Assembly: GCA_041236755.1 (NCBI GenBank)
Contig: JBERSB010000309.1
Span: 1 to 40,327, forward strand
Direction: 5' to 3'
Source of the DNA: Luminiphilus sp.
GTDB taxonomy: Bacteria; Planctomycetota; UBA1135; UBA2386
Length of the DNA stretch: 40,327 nucleotides
Part shown: positions 7,795 to 16,997 of the stretch, piece by piece
Position numbering within the stretch: the first letter of the stretch is position 1
How the letters are laid out: the number at the start of each line of letters is the position of its first letter
The notes under the pieces: model-generated
The model's input: the letters and a program-made list of their open reading frames with translations, nothing else
The model's database searches: none
What the model was told of the DNA's origin: nothing
Position numbers and translations under genes: made by a program

Positions 7795-8481
7795 ATGGCT
7801 TCGATCGCCCTGCACGGCGCCGCCTTGGCGGCGCTGGGGGGTGCCGTATTCGCGCACCGCGAGAGCCGCGCGCCCGTGGCCCGCGTCGAGATCCGCAACC
7901 AGCCGCCCAGCGCGCCCGCGCGCGCGCAGGTCTGGCCGGCCCCCGACGTCGAGCCCGAGGCTGCCCAGGACGCCAACCCGCTCGCCGAAGTCGACGTCGT
8001 CCTGCCCGAGCCGCCGGAGCCGGCGCGCGTGCTCTACGGGGACCCGCTGCCGCCGCCCCCGTCCGCCGTGCTGGACCGCATCGCCTCGGAGCGCGTCCGG
8101 CGCGCCGAGCCCGAGCCGTCGGTCGAGCCGCCGCCCGAAACTCCGGCCGATCTACCGGAGGACGAGACGTCCCAGCAGCAGGAGTCCGAGTTCGCCTACA
8201 CCTCTGCGAGCCGCTCGGATCGCGGCGGGCCTCCGGTCTACCCCGACAAGGAGCGCCGCCTCGGTCGCGAAGGCACAGTCGTGCTGCGCGTCTTCGTCGA
8301 GGCTGACGGCTCCGTCGCCGACGTCACGCTCCAGACGCCGTCGCGCTACGCAGGCTTCAACCGCGCGGCGCTGCGCGCGGCGCGCGGCTGGCAGTTCGAC
8401 CCCGCCACCCGAGGCGGCGTCGCGGTGGCCGGGGCGATCGACGTCGAGGTCGAGTTCCGCCTGACGGACGCCGTTCGGTAG
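7795..8481 (+). CDS. TonB-family protein (N-terminal anchor, Pro-rich spacer, TonB C-terminal domain)
   Basis: MASIALHGAALAALGGAVFA forms the anchor. A Pro/Glu-rich region follows, then a C-terminal YPDKERRLGREGTVVLRVFVEADGSVADVTLQTPSRYAGFNRAALRAARGWQFDPA. The ORF track starts at TTG 7762; ATG 7795 is preferred. Confidence 0.85.
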   Translation: MASIALHGAALAALGGAVFAHRESRAPVARVEIRNQPPSAPARAQVWPAPDVEPEAAQDANPLAEVDVVLPEPPEPARVLYGDPLPPPPSAVLDRIASERVRRAEPEPSVEPPPETPADLPEDETSQQQESEFAYTSASRSDRGGPPVYPDKERRLGREGTVVLRVFVEADGSVADVTLQTPSRYAGFNRAALRAARGWQFDPATRGGVAVAGAIDVEVEFRLTDAVR

Positions 8482-8541
8482 CCGGGCGCGCGCCGCGGGG
8501 CGCAGCATGAGGCAGGGCGGCGAGTAGGCGCGCCACAGCAT

Positions 8542-9744
8542 TCACGGCTGGGGGAACGACACGCCCAGCTCTGCGAGGATCCGGGCGAAGCGCTCGTACA
8601 TGCGCTCCCAGCGCCACGTCTCCCGCACCCACGACGCCGCAGCGGCGCCGGCGGCGCGGGCGGCGGCCGGATCGTCGAACCAGCGCGCGACGCCCTCGAT
8701 GGTCGCGTCCGCGCCGTCGGCGACGCACACGCAGGCCTCCGGAACGTCGCCGAGGCCCTGCGAGGCCTGCGGGGACGCGACCGTTGGCAACGCCATGCTC
8801 ATCGCCTCGAGCACCTTGTTCTGCACGCCGCGCGCCAGCCGCAACGGCGCGATCGCGACCGCGGCGCGGTCGAAGTAAGGGGGTGTGGTCTCGACCCGGC
8901 CCGTGACCGTGACGCCGTCGCGGCCGTGCAGCGCTTGCACGCGCGGCGCGGGCTTGCTGCCGACGACGAGCAGCTGCGCCGCGGGGAAGCGGCGACGCAG
9001 GGTGGGCCAGCAGGACTCGACGAACCAGCAGACGCCGTCGACGTTAGGCTCGTAGTCCATCACGCCGGTGAACACCGCGGTGTGCGGGTCCCTCGCGTCG
9101 TCGCCGGCCGACGCGAAGTGCGCGACGTCCACGCCGTTGGGCAGCACGTCGGGCACGACGCCTGCGATGCGCTGTTCGAACAGCTCCTTCTCCACCTCGC
9201 TGACGACCAGAGACCGGTCGAAGGCGCGCGCGACGCGGTCTTCGAACGCGAGCAGGCGCTCGGCCTCGCGCGCGTAGATCCAGCGCCCGAGCGGTCCGGC
9301 GACCTCCGCGTACTGACGCCACTTGTCGGAGTCGAGCTCGGCGAACTGCATGACCTTCGCGCCGCCTGCGTGGTCGAGGGCGTACTGCGCCATCGACGAC
9401 GAGTAGACGTAGACGTGGTCCGGCGGCGTCGCGCACCCGCGCGACATCGCGGCCTGCACACGACTGTGCCGGAAGAACGGCAGCGTCAGCGGTTCGCCGG
9501 TCGCGAGGCCGCGCATGCTGGTGATCTTCCTGAGCCCGCGCGAGAGCGTCGGCGCGACGACCTCCGCACATCTGCTGTCCAGAAACCCGACAGCGTCGGC
9601 GTCCCTCGCCTCCTCCTGGAAGCAACCGACGTAGACCTCGGCACCGCGCTCCAGGATGTGTTGCAGGAAGTGCCAGGTCGTGATGCGGTCGCCGCGATCG
9701 GGTGGCCACGGCACGCGCTGGCACAGGAAGACGACGCGGGGCAT
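8542..9744 (-). CDS. Glycosyltransferase, GT4/GT-B family (resembles the PEP-CTERM/EpsH1-associated sugar transferase type)
   Basis: The N-terminus MPRVVFLCQRVPWPPDRGDRITTWHFLQHILERG and the C-terminal GVQNKVLEAMSMALPTVASPQA are typical of GT-B group 1 enzymes. ATG 9744 is preferred over GTG 9762. Confidence 0.8.
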   Translation of the reverse strand: MPRVVFLCQRVPWPPDRGDRITTWHFLQHILERGAEVYVGCFQEEARDADAVGFLDSRCAEVVAPTLSRGLRKITSMRGLATGEPLTLPFFRHSRVQAAMSRGCATPPDHVYVYSSSMAQYALDHAGGAKVMQFAELDSDKWRQYAEVAGPLGRWIYAREAERLLAFEDRVARAFDRSLVVSEVEKELFEQRIAGVVPDVLPNGVDVAHFASAGDDARDPHTAVFTGVMDYEPNVDGVCWFVESCWPTLRRRFPAAQLLVVGSKPAPRVQALHGRDGVTVTGRVETTPPYFDRAAVAIAPLRLARGVQNKVLEAMSMALPTVASPQASQGLGDVPEACVCVADGADATIEGVARWFDDPAAARAAGAAAASWVRETWRWERMYERFARILAELGVSFPQP

Positions 9745-9820
9745 GGGCGGGCTTTCGGGCACGGAACGCGGTCAAGGTCGCGCGCGGAACGCCCCGATAC
9801 AAGGGCTGGAGCGCAACCAC

Positions 9821-10693
9821 ATGGCAGAGAGCACGAGTTCATCGACGAACATCTTGGCCTTGGTCAACAGCACGATCGACCTGCCGACGATGCCAGAGGT
9901 GCTGGTCAAGCTGAACACGGTGATGACCGACCCGGAGACCTCGGCCGAGGACGTCGCCAAGATCGTCTCGGTCGACCCTGCGGTCGCGACCAACATCCTG
10001 CGCATCGTGAACTCGGCCTACTACGGCCTGCAGGTGCGCGTCTCCTCGGTGAGCCTCGCGATCTCCGTGATGGGCTTCAGCATGACCAAGAAGGTCGCGC
10101 TGAAGGCAGCCGTCTTCTCGGCGCTCGGCAAGCGTCGGCAGAAGGTCGCGCACTTCGACCCGTCGTCGTTCTGGAAGCACGCCGTGTTCGTCGGCGTCGC
10201 GGCGCGCGTGCTCGCAGATGCCTCGGGTCGCTTCGACGACATGCACCCCGAGGACGCCTACATCGCGGGGCTGCTGCACGACATCGGCAAGATCATCCTG
10301 ATGGAGAAGGCCGAGGACCGCTACGGCAAGGCGCTGCGCAAGTCTGTCGAGCAGGGCCGGCCCGAGGTCGAGGTCGAGTTCGAGGAGCTGGGCTTCACGC
10401 ACGCCGACGTCGGCTCGGTGCTGGCGATCAAGTGGTCGCTGCCCGAGGACCTCGCCATCGCGATCCGCTACCACCACGCGCCGGGGCGCGATCCGTACCA
10501 CCGCTCGCTGAGCTCGCTCATCCACCTCGCCGACCAGCTGGCGTGGCGCGCGCAGACGCCTTCGACGGTGGGCACCACGCCCGCGTCGCTGGACCACGAC
10601 GTCTACGAGGCGGTCGGCCTGTCGCCCGAGCAGGTCGAAGAGCTGTTGCCGCAGATCCACCAGCAGTTCAGCGACTCCGAGCTGCCCTGGTAG
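9821..10693 (+). CDS. HDOD domain-containing signalling protein
   Basis: Start ATG 9821 (MAESTSSS). LPTMPEVLVKLNTVMTDPETSAEDVAKIVSVDPAVATNILRIVNSAYYGL and the HD motif LLHDIGKIIL are present. Confidence 0.88.
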   Translation: MAESTSSSTNILALVNSTIDLPTMPEVLVKLNTVMTDPETSAEDVAKIVSVDPAVATNILRIVNSAYYGLQVRVSSVSLAISVMGFSMTKKVALKAAVFSALGKRRQKVAHFDPSSFWKHAVFVGVAARVLADASGRFDDMHPEDAYIAGLLHDIGKIILMEKAEDRYGKALRKSVEQGRPEVEVEFEELGFTHADVGSVLAIKWSLPEDLAIAIRYHHAPGRDPYHRSLSSLIHLADQLAWRAQTPSTVGTTPASLDHDVYEAVGLSPEQVEELLPQIHQQFSDSELPW

Positions 10694-10799
10694 CGGAGCA
10701 TCGCCCGGCGCAGCAGGCCTGCTCGCGGGCCGAGGATGCAGGCCGCGGCGGCGTCGCTGTTGAGACAGTGGGCGGTTCCGGCTAGGAACGTCGACGACC

Positions 10800-11588
10800 A
10801 TGAGCACGACGCGACCACTGCTGGGAGTCATCCACCTCGGCGCCTCGCCCTCGGCGGCGCGCCACCGCTCCGTGCGCGAGGTCATGAGCACGGCGCTGGC
10901 CGACGCCGAGGCCTTCGCGAGCGCGGGCTTCGACGGGTTGGTCGTCGAGAACTTCGGCGACGCGCCGTTCCACCGCGGCACATACGACGACCCGGTGCCG
11001 CCCGACGTCGTCGCGAGCGTCGCGGTGGCGGCCGACCGCGTGGCGCGCGCCACCGGGCTGCCGATCGGCGTCAACTGCCTGCGCAACGACGGCGTCGCAG
11101 CGTTCGGCGTCGCCGCCGTCACTTCGGCGCGCTGGGTGCGCGTCAACGTGTTGACCGGCGCCTACGTGACCGACCAAGGCGTCATCGCGGGCGAGGCGGC
11201 GCGCCTCGCGGCCTACCGGCGGCAGCTGCGCACCGACGCGCTGTTGCTCGCCGACCTGTTGGTCAAGCACGCAGCGCCGCTCGCGGCGTTCGACCTCGCG
11301 ACCGGCGCCAAGGATCTCGCCGAGCGCTCGGGCGCCGACGGCGTGGTGCTGTCGGGCGCCAGGACCGGCCGGCCCGTGGACGTCGCGCAGCTGGACGCGG
11401 TCCGGGACGCCGTAGGGGCGTTCCCGATCTGGATCGGCTCGGGCCTCGACGCGGACAACGCAGCGGAGCTGTGGCCGCGCTGCGACGGGGCGATCGTCGG
11501 CACCTGGTGCAAGGAGGACGGCGACGCGGCCCGGCCCGTGGACGTCGAGCGCGCGCGGCGGCTGCGGGCGGCGTGTCCGCCGGAGTAA
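10800..11588 (+). CDS. BtpA/SgcQ family TIM-barrel protein
   Basis: LLGVIHLGASP...DAEAFASAGFDGLVVENFGDAPF, GVNCLRND and WIGSGL match the remembered BtpA family pattern. Confidence 0.8.
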   Translation: MSTTRPLLGVIHLGASPSAARHRSVREVMSTALADAEAFASAGFDGLVVENFGDAPFHRGTYDDPVPPDVVASVAVAADRVARATGLPIGVNCLRNDGVAAFGVAAVTSARWVRVNVLTGAYVTDQGVIAGEAARLAAYRRQLRTDALLLADLLVKHAAPLAAFDLATGAKDLAERSGADGVVLSGARTGRPVDVAQLDAVRDAVGAFPIWIGSGLDADNAAELWPRCDGAIVGTWCKEDGDAARPVDVERARRLRAACPPE

Positions 11589-11621
11589 GGGCGCGGGCGG
11601 CCACGGGCCGATAACAGAGGC

Positions 11622-12635
11622 GTGAAGGTCCTGTTCCTGACTCCCGCGCCGACGAAGCTGCACATGGGCGGCTTTGCGACCGTCGCGCGCTACCGCGACG
11701 GCCTGCAGCAGCTGGGCCACGTCTGCGAGCTCTACGGACCTTCGGGCGAAGGCGGACACGAGCAGCCGCTGGCCGCTGCGATCGGCCGGTTCCAGCCGGA
11801 CATCGTGCACGCGCACGACGCCAGGCGCTGCGGCGTGCAGCTGCTCGGCTCTCGCACGCCGTGGGTGATCTCGATCGCCGGCGAGGACCTGCACCAGGAC
11901 GTGCTCGACAGCAAGCACGGCCCGATCGTCTGCGAGGTCATGCGACGCGCGCACCGCGTGCTCGTCCCGAGCGAGCACGCCGCGAGCCTCGTCGCGGAGC
12001 GCGTGCCCGGCGCGGCCGACAAGGTCGACGTCGTCGCGCGCGCCGCCACCGCGCTGCCGACCGACGGCACGGACCTGCGCCGGTCGCTCGGCATCCAGCG
12101 CCAGCGCTTCCTGGTGTTCTTGCCGGGCGGCATCCGGCCCGTGAAGGGGCAGCACCGCGCGATCTCGGCGATCCCGAAGCTGCGCGCAGCCGGCGTCGAC
12201 ATCGAGATGATCATCGCCGGCGCCTCGCAGGACGAGGCCTACGCCGCGCGCGTGCGGGCCGAGGCCGACGACACGCCCGGCGTGCGCGTGATGCCCTCGC
12301 TGGCGCGCGAGCGCATGGGCGCTGCCTACGCGGACTCCGACGTCGTGCTCAACACCTCGCTCTCCGAGGGTGCCGCGCCGACGATCCTGGAGGCCGGCAT
12401 GCTCGGCCGGCCGGTGATCGCGTCGGACATCCCGGGCAACCGCGCGCTCATCCGGCACAACGAGACGGGGCTGCTGTTCGCCGACGAAAAGAGCATGGCC
12501 AAGCAGATCCTGGCCCTCTACCGCAACCGCACGGCCGCGGGCACGCTGGGCGTGCGCGTGCGGGAGGACTTCATGCGCCGCTTCAGCGCGGACCGTGAGG
12601 TCGCGGGGCTGCTGTCGTCCTACGCCGCCGCCTGA
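11622..12635 (+). CDS. Glycosyltransferase family 1 (GT-B)
   Basis: GTG start preceded by the agagg SD at 11616-11620. MKVLFLTPAP...GGFATV is at the N-terminus, and the C-terminal motif is SLSEGAAPTILEAGMLGRPVIASDIPGNRALIRHNETGLLF. Confidence 0.85.
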   Translation: MKVLFLTPAPTKLHMGGFATVARYRDGLQQLGHVCELYGPSGEGGHEQPLAAAIGRFQPDIVHAHDARRCGVQLLGSRTPWVISIAGEDLHQDVLDSKHGPIVCEVMRRAHRVLVPSEHAASLVAERVPGAADKVDVVARAATALPTDGTDLRRSLGIQRQRFLVFLPGGIRPVKGQHRAISAIPKLRAAGVDIEMIIAGASQDEAYAARVRAEADDTPGVRVMPSLARERMGAAYADSDVVLNTSLSEGAAPTILEAGMLGRPVIASDIPGNRALIRHNETGLLFADEKSMAKQILALYRNRTAAGTLGVRVREDFMRRFSADREVAGLLSSYAAA

Positions 12636-12638
12636 GGT

Positions 12639-14243
12639 CTACCCGGGCAGCTGCTGCGGCGCGTCCGGCTCGGCGTCCTGCCGTCCGCTTTCTTGCCGTC
12701 CGGTTTCCTGGCGATCAGCCTCCGCGTCTGCTTGGCGGGCTGCCTCCCGGTCTTCTTCCGTGCAGAACGCGTCGTAAAGCGCGTAGAGCCGCTCCGCCTG
12801 CCACTTCAGGGCCTCGGTTACCTGCGCGGTGATCTTGTCGCGCGTCGTGGACCGGACGCGCGGAGCGCGCGCCTTGTGCACGAGTTCGTAGCGCGCGTCG
12901 CCGTCGAGGGCCTCGAGCTCGCGACCGGACGGATCCCCGAGCAGGAGCGCGGAGACCTCGGTGAGGTCGTCGTAGCGAGACAGCTCGGGGTCGAACACGC
13001 CGGACTCGAACAGCGCCCGCATGTCGAGCACGTCCTGGCCCAGCAGCATGCGCACGGCGCCTTTCTCGTCGGGGAGGGAGTCGAGCAGGCCGCGGAGGTC
13101 GCGCAGGTGCGCCTCGTCCCAGACGAGTGCGGTGCCGCCCATCTCGAGGTGGCGCGACAGCCCCCGCACGAACGCGCCGCGCGGGTCGTCGCGGTCGACC
13201 TGTGCGAACGACTTGGACTCGACGCGGCCGTCCTCGTGCACGGTCTTGACCGCCCACGCGTACGGCGTGCGCTGCCAGGGCTTTTGTAGGTCGAAGCGCG
13301 GCAGCGGGTCGGTGACGGACGTCATCGCGACGAAGTGCAGCGGGCGGTCGCATTCGGCGAGGTCCTCGGAGACGAAGTCCTCGACGATGCGCTCGCCGCG
13401 CTCGTGGCACTGCAGCGTGCGCCGCTGGCGGAACGTCAGGCCCTCGTGGTCGAGCGGCACGTCGGACAGCTCTTGGAACCCCGCAGCGACCAGCTCGGTC
13501 TCCTGGGCGCGCGAGATCTCGGGCAGCTGGTGGAGCGGCCGCTCCGGCGCGCCCTCGGCGCACGCGGCCATGTGCGGGCACGCGAACGGGCTCTGGCAGA
13601 ACGTGCCCATCGTGACCTCGGGCGCTGTGTCTCTCGCGGCTGCCTTCCGCGACAGGCCCAGCTTGCGCACGACGTTGGGCAGCTGCTTCTGCACCTTCTG
13701 TGTGACGTCGGAGCTGCGCATCAGCTCCATCGGCGGGTAGTCCTCGCCGGCGGTGTGCGCGTAGTTCGGGTTCACGTGCAGCAGGTAGGCGCGCTGCATC
13801 TCGAGACCTTCGTGGGCGAGCACGGTCGCCTGCAGCGCGAGGTCGTTGACGTAGCGGTGCTTCACCTTGGTGCCCGACTTGATCTCGAACAGGTCGACGC
13901 GCTTGTCCTTGTGCACGACGAGGATGTCGCAGCGGACCTCGACGCCGTCGGCGACGAACGCCGCGTCGAACAGCACCGGCGCGCCGTCGGCCATCGCCTT
14001 GGCGGTCTCCTCGGCAGCGGCCGTGATGTTGTCGGCTGCGATGGTGACGGCCATCGGGAACGCCGTCCGTGCCAGCGCGCGCAGCTCGTCGCCGACGCGC
14101 GACATCTCCTGCCGGCGGGCGGTGCTCGGCTCGGGCCCGGGCTGGTGGTAGTCGAGCCAGAGGCGCTTCGGGCACTGCTGGCCGGCCTCGAAGAGGTGCT
14201 TGTCCAGGTTGCGCTGCGCCTTCGGCTTTGCGGACTTCTTCAA
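12639..14243 (-). CDS. DUF2779-like protein: PD-(D/E)XK-type nuclease N-terminal half with a Cys cluster
   Basis: 534 aa. It has QQCPKRLWLDY near the N-terminus, a D...E-x-K motif (VDLFEIKSGTK), and FCQSPFACPHMAAC (C-x5-C-x5-C). The C-terminal half is conserved-looking but unassigned. The acidic tail carries a 5-aa repeat, DRQET-GRQES-GRQDA. Confidence 0.7.
   Translation of the reverse strand: MKKSAKPKAQRNLDKHLFEAGQQCPKRLWLDYHQPGPEPSTARRQEMSRVGDELRALARTAFPMAVTIAADNITAAAEETAKAMADGAPVLFDAAFVADGVEVRCDILVVHKDKRVDLFEIKSGTKVKHRYVNDLALQATVLAHEGLEMQRAYLLHVNPNYAHTAGEDYPPMELMRSSDVTQKVQKQLPNVVRKLGLSRKAAARDTAPEVTMGTFCQSPFACPHMAACAEGAPERPLHQLPEISRAQETELVAAGFQELSDVPLDHEGLTFRQRRTLQCHERGERIVEDFVSEDLAECDRPLHFVAMTSVTDPLPRFDLQKPWQRTPYAWAVKTVHEDGRVESKSFAQVDRDDPRGAFVRGLSRHLEMGGTALVWDEAHLRDLRGLLDSLPDEKGAVRMLLGQDVLDMRALFESGVFDPELSRYDDLTEVSALLLGDPSGRELEALDGDARYELVHKARAPRVRSTTRDKITAQVTEALKWQAERLYALYDAFCTEEDREAARQADAEADRQETGRQESGRQDAEPDAPQQLPG
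12678..12707. repeat. 15-nt tandem repeat inside the 3' end of the DUF2779-like CDS
   Basis: ctgccgtccgctttc (12678-12692) and ttgccgtccggtttc (12693-12707), with 13/15 identity. They encode ETGRQ/ESGRQ on the minus strand, about 40 nt from the stop at 12639. Confidence 0.8.
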
Positions 14244-14304
14244 AATGTTGGTCGGCCCCTCCCTGGAGCGGCTCCGCCCAAGTCTACCGTCGGCCCGCTG
14301 CGGC

Positions 14305-15072
14305 TCAACGGCGCACGCGGGTGTGTCGGTAGAGCAGGACCAAGATCAGGCCGACGATTCCGCCGACCAGGATCGGGGTCCAGAGCCGCTCCCCGAGCGA
14401 CTGCGGCGGCTCGGCCACCCGCGCGAACGTCAGGGTCGAGAGCCAGCGGTCGAACTCGGGCCGCCACCGCGAGAAGTCGTCGGGAGCGGCCGCGAACGAC
14501 AGCGTGATCTGCTGCTTGGCGGTGGGGGCGTGCACGTCCAGGCTGACCCTGGTGGCGGCGGGCGCTCTGGGCGTGGTCGTGCGCGTTGCCACGATGCACT
14601 CCACGCCCTGGGTCCCGAGGCGCTCGAGGTGGACGTCGGTCAGCTCGTGCGAGGCGTCGTTCTGTTCGCCGTGCTCGCGCCAGAGCTGCCGGAGGGTGTC
14701 CGCGTAGTCGTCGCCGACGTGCCACTCGTCCCGCTGCTCGAACACGTAGAGCCACGGTCCGGAGAAGTCGCCCTGGAGCCACTGGTCGACCGGCCCGACA
14801 CCGTAGTAGCCGCGCGGCGAGGCCAGGAGCAGCACCGGCGGCGCGTCCGGGTGGTCGGCGAGCCGCGCCGCCTCGCCAGGCGCGATCTGCCGCCAGCCCG
14901 CGGGCAGGTCGAGCTGGAACGTGCGGTTGTAGTTGCGGAACGTCGCCGTCGGCGCGTCCGCGGAGCTCGCGGCGGGAGCCTCGCGCACGGCGGCGGGCGA
15001 GGTCTGGGCGCGCGGCGCGGTCGTCGTCAGGAGCGCGGCCGCGGCGAGCGCGGCGAGGAGGCGTTCACGCAT
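14305..15072 (-). CDS. Hypothetical exported protein with a C-terminal membrane anchor
   Basis: This is the in-frame ATG at 15072 within the spurious 951-aa ORF. MRERLLAALAAAALLTTTAPRAQT is a signal peptide, and the C-terminal TM is LWTPILVGGIVGLILVLLY followed by RHTRVRR. Codon usage matches neighbouring genes, and no family was recognised. Confidence 0.65.
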   Translation of the reverse strand: MRERLLAALAAAALLTTTAPRAQTSPAAVREAPAASSADAPTATFRNYNRTFQLDLPAGWRQIAPGEAARLADHPDAPPVLLLASPRGYYGVGPVDQWLQGDFSGPWLYVFEQRDEWHVGDDYADTLRQLWREHGEQNDASHELTDVHLERLGTQGVECIVATRTTTPRAPAATRVSLDVHAPTAKQQITLSFAAAPDDFSRWRPEFDRWLSTLTFARVAEPPQSLGERLWTPILVGGIVGLILVLLYRHTRVRR

Positions 15073-15131
15073 CGGGGCATCATCGCGACACCCCGCGCTT
15101 CGGCGCAACCGTGCTCTCGTTGCCGCGCGAG

Positions 15132-16997
15132 CTACTCCTCGGTCGAGATCGGCACGGGGCACTCCCACAGCTCGGCCAGCGCGCGGATCAGGTCGACCTC
15201 GTCCGGGTCGAGGTGGCCGTCGTGCGCGGCGACCTCGGCGCAGGCGTGGATCAGGTTGCGCTTGCCGAACGGCGAGACGCGCTCGAGGCCGTCGATCGCG
15301 TGGTCGAGCTCCTGCGGCGTCGCGCGGTCGGCTTCGACGAGGTCGGCTGCGGGCATGCTCAGCACGGCGCAGCCGCGCGCGAACGCGGCGCGGGCCTCGT
15401 CCGCGTCGCCGCCCGCACCCGCGTGCGCGATCACCGACAGCACCAGCGCGGCGTCGTCGGTGTGGTCCATCATCGCCTCGGGCCGCCCGCGCCGCCGCGG
15501 CGACCGCTCGACGTCGGGCACGTGGCGCTCGAGGGTCTTGAGCAGCGCGAACTCGAACGGCGACAGGTGGTCGTCGGCCAGCGCCAGCGCGCGCGCGCGT
15601 CGGCGCAGCGCGCGGCGGTCCTCTCGGCTCAGGCGGCGCAGCGCGGGCATGGCCAGCTCCATCAGCGGCAGCCGCATCGTGCGCGGCAGCGCTGCGACGT
15701 CGCGGTAGAACGCCTGCGCGTCGTGCTGCAGGACGCCGTCCGTGCCGTCGAGCAGCTGGAGCTGCCGCTGACGCTCGGCCGGGTCGGCGTCGAGCAGCAG
15801 CGCGTAGACCAGCGCTGCTGCGCGCTGCGGCTCGTGGGCCGCGACGCTGAGGTCGAGCGGGAGCTCGGCGAGCAGGGCGCGGGCCGCGGCGACGTGGCGC
15901 GGCTGCGGATCCCCGACCGACCTGGTCAGGCCCGCGGGCGTCGCGCCGGCGAAGCCTGCAGCGCCCGCGGCGAGCTGCGGCGCGGGCGTGGCTTCGACCG
16001 CCTGCGTCAGCGACTCGCTGCGCGCCGCGTTCTTCAAGAAGCCCGGGAGCACGCGCTCGACCCGCTGCTCGATGGGGGGGTGGGTCGCCATCGCGCCGCT
16101 CGCCCCCGCCATCGCGGACGCGAACATCAGGTGCCCGGCCTCTTCGGCGTGGGGGCTCTCGAGCTTGCCCGTGAGGCCGCCGATCTTGGCGAGCGCCATG
16201 CCGATCCCCTTGGGGTTGCGCGTGTATTGGACCGCGCTGGCGTCGGCGAGGAACTCGCGCTGGCGCGAGACCGCGGACTGGATGAGCCGCGCGAACAGCA
16301 CGCCGACGTAGCCGACCACGATCAGCACGATGCCGAACAGCGCGACCTGCCCGCCCTCGCGGCGGTTGCGGCCGCCGGTGTGCGCCAGCACGCGGCCGAC
16401 GACCGCGATGCACATGATGCCGAACAGCGTGCCCATCAGGCGGATGTTGAGCCGCATGTCGCCGTGGAAGACGTGGCTGAACTCGTGCGCGATCACGCCC
16501 TGCAGCTCGTCGCGGCTGAACGACTCGAGGCTGCCGCGCGTGACGGCGACGGCGGCGTCCTTGGTCGACCAGCCCGCGGCGAACGCGTTGATCCCGTGCT
16601 CGCGGTCGAGGACGTAGACGTCGGGGACCGGCACGCCGGACGCGATCGCCATCTCCTCGACGACGTTCATCAGCATCCGCTCCTGGTCGTCGTCGGTGTG
16701 CGGGTCGACGCGTCGGCCGCCCATCATCTCGGCGACCGCTGCGCCGCCGCCCCGCAGCTGCGCCGTCTTGAAGAGCATGGCGCCGCTGACGACCGCGCTC
16801 ACGCCGACGGCGACGACGCCCAGCACGGGCCAGTCGACCACGTCCGGTTGCCCGGTCTTCGAGACCAGCAGCAGCGCTTTCGCGGCCGCGTAGATCAGCA
16901 GGATGATGCAGACGACCGCGGCGACGAACAGCCACACGAGGCGGCCCGACGCCTTGCGCGCCTGCTCCTGGTGCCCGAAGAAGTCCATGCCGCTCAC
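15132..16997 (-). CDS. M48-family (HtpX-like) zinc metallopeptidase with a long cytoplasmic C-terminal TerB-like region
   Basis: Two N-terminal TM helices, HEFSH (HExxH), and two further TM segments. The C-terminal ~320 aa carries two TerB/DjlA-N-like segments (ALADDHLSPFEFALLKTL and EVAAHDGHLDPDEVDLIRALAEL). The GTG start at 16997 overlaps the upstream stop (GTGA); an alternative ATG is at 16988. Confidence 0.85.
   Translation of the reverse strand: MSGMDFFGHQEQARKASGRLVWLFVAAVVCIILLIYAAAKALLLVSKTGQPDVVDWPVLGVVAVGVSAVVSGAMLFKTAQLRGGGAAVAEMMGGRRVDPHTDDDQERMLMNVVEEMAIASGVPVPDVYVLDREHGINAFAAGWSTKDAAVAVTRGSLESFSRDELQGVIAHEFSHVFHGDMRLNIRLMGTLFGIMCIAVVGRVLAHTGGRNRREGGQVALFGIVLIVVGYVGVLFARLIQSAVSRQREFLADASAVQYTRNPKGIGMALAKIGGLTGKLESPHAEEAGHLMFASAMAGASGAMATHPPIEQRVERVLPGFLKNAARSESLTQAVEATPAPQLAAGAAGFAGATPAGLTRSVGDPQPRHVAAARALLAELPLDLSVAAHEPQRAAALVYALLLDADPAERQRQLQLLDGTDGVLQHDAQAFYRDVAALPRTMRLPLMELAMPALRRLSREDRRALRRRARALALADDHLSPFEFALLKTLERHVPDVERSPRRRGRPEAMMDHTDDAALVLSVIAHAGAGGDADEARAAFARGCAVLSMPAADLVEADRATPQELDHAIDGLERVSPFGKRNLIHACAEVAAHDGHLDPDEVDLIRALAELWECPVPISTEE

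Noticed and set aside
8485-8535. Two copies of the self-complementary octamer ggcgcgcc about 35 nt apart in the TonB/GT4 convergent spacer, as a possible terminator stem.
   Set aside because: The loop would be very large, there is no U-tract, and the octamer is expected fairly often at this GC content.
9762-9792. A direct repeat of cggaacgc (9762-9769 and 9785-9792) in the divergent GT4/HDOD promoter region, next to ggcacg resembling half of a sigma-54 -24 element.
   Set aside because: There are only two 8-mers in GC-rich sequence. No TTGC -12 element lies at the right spacing. This is too weak to call a binding site.
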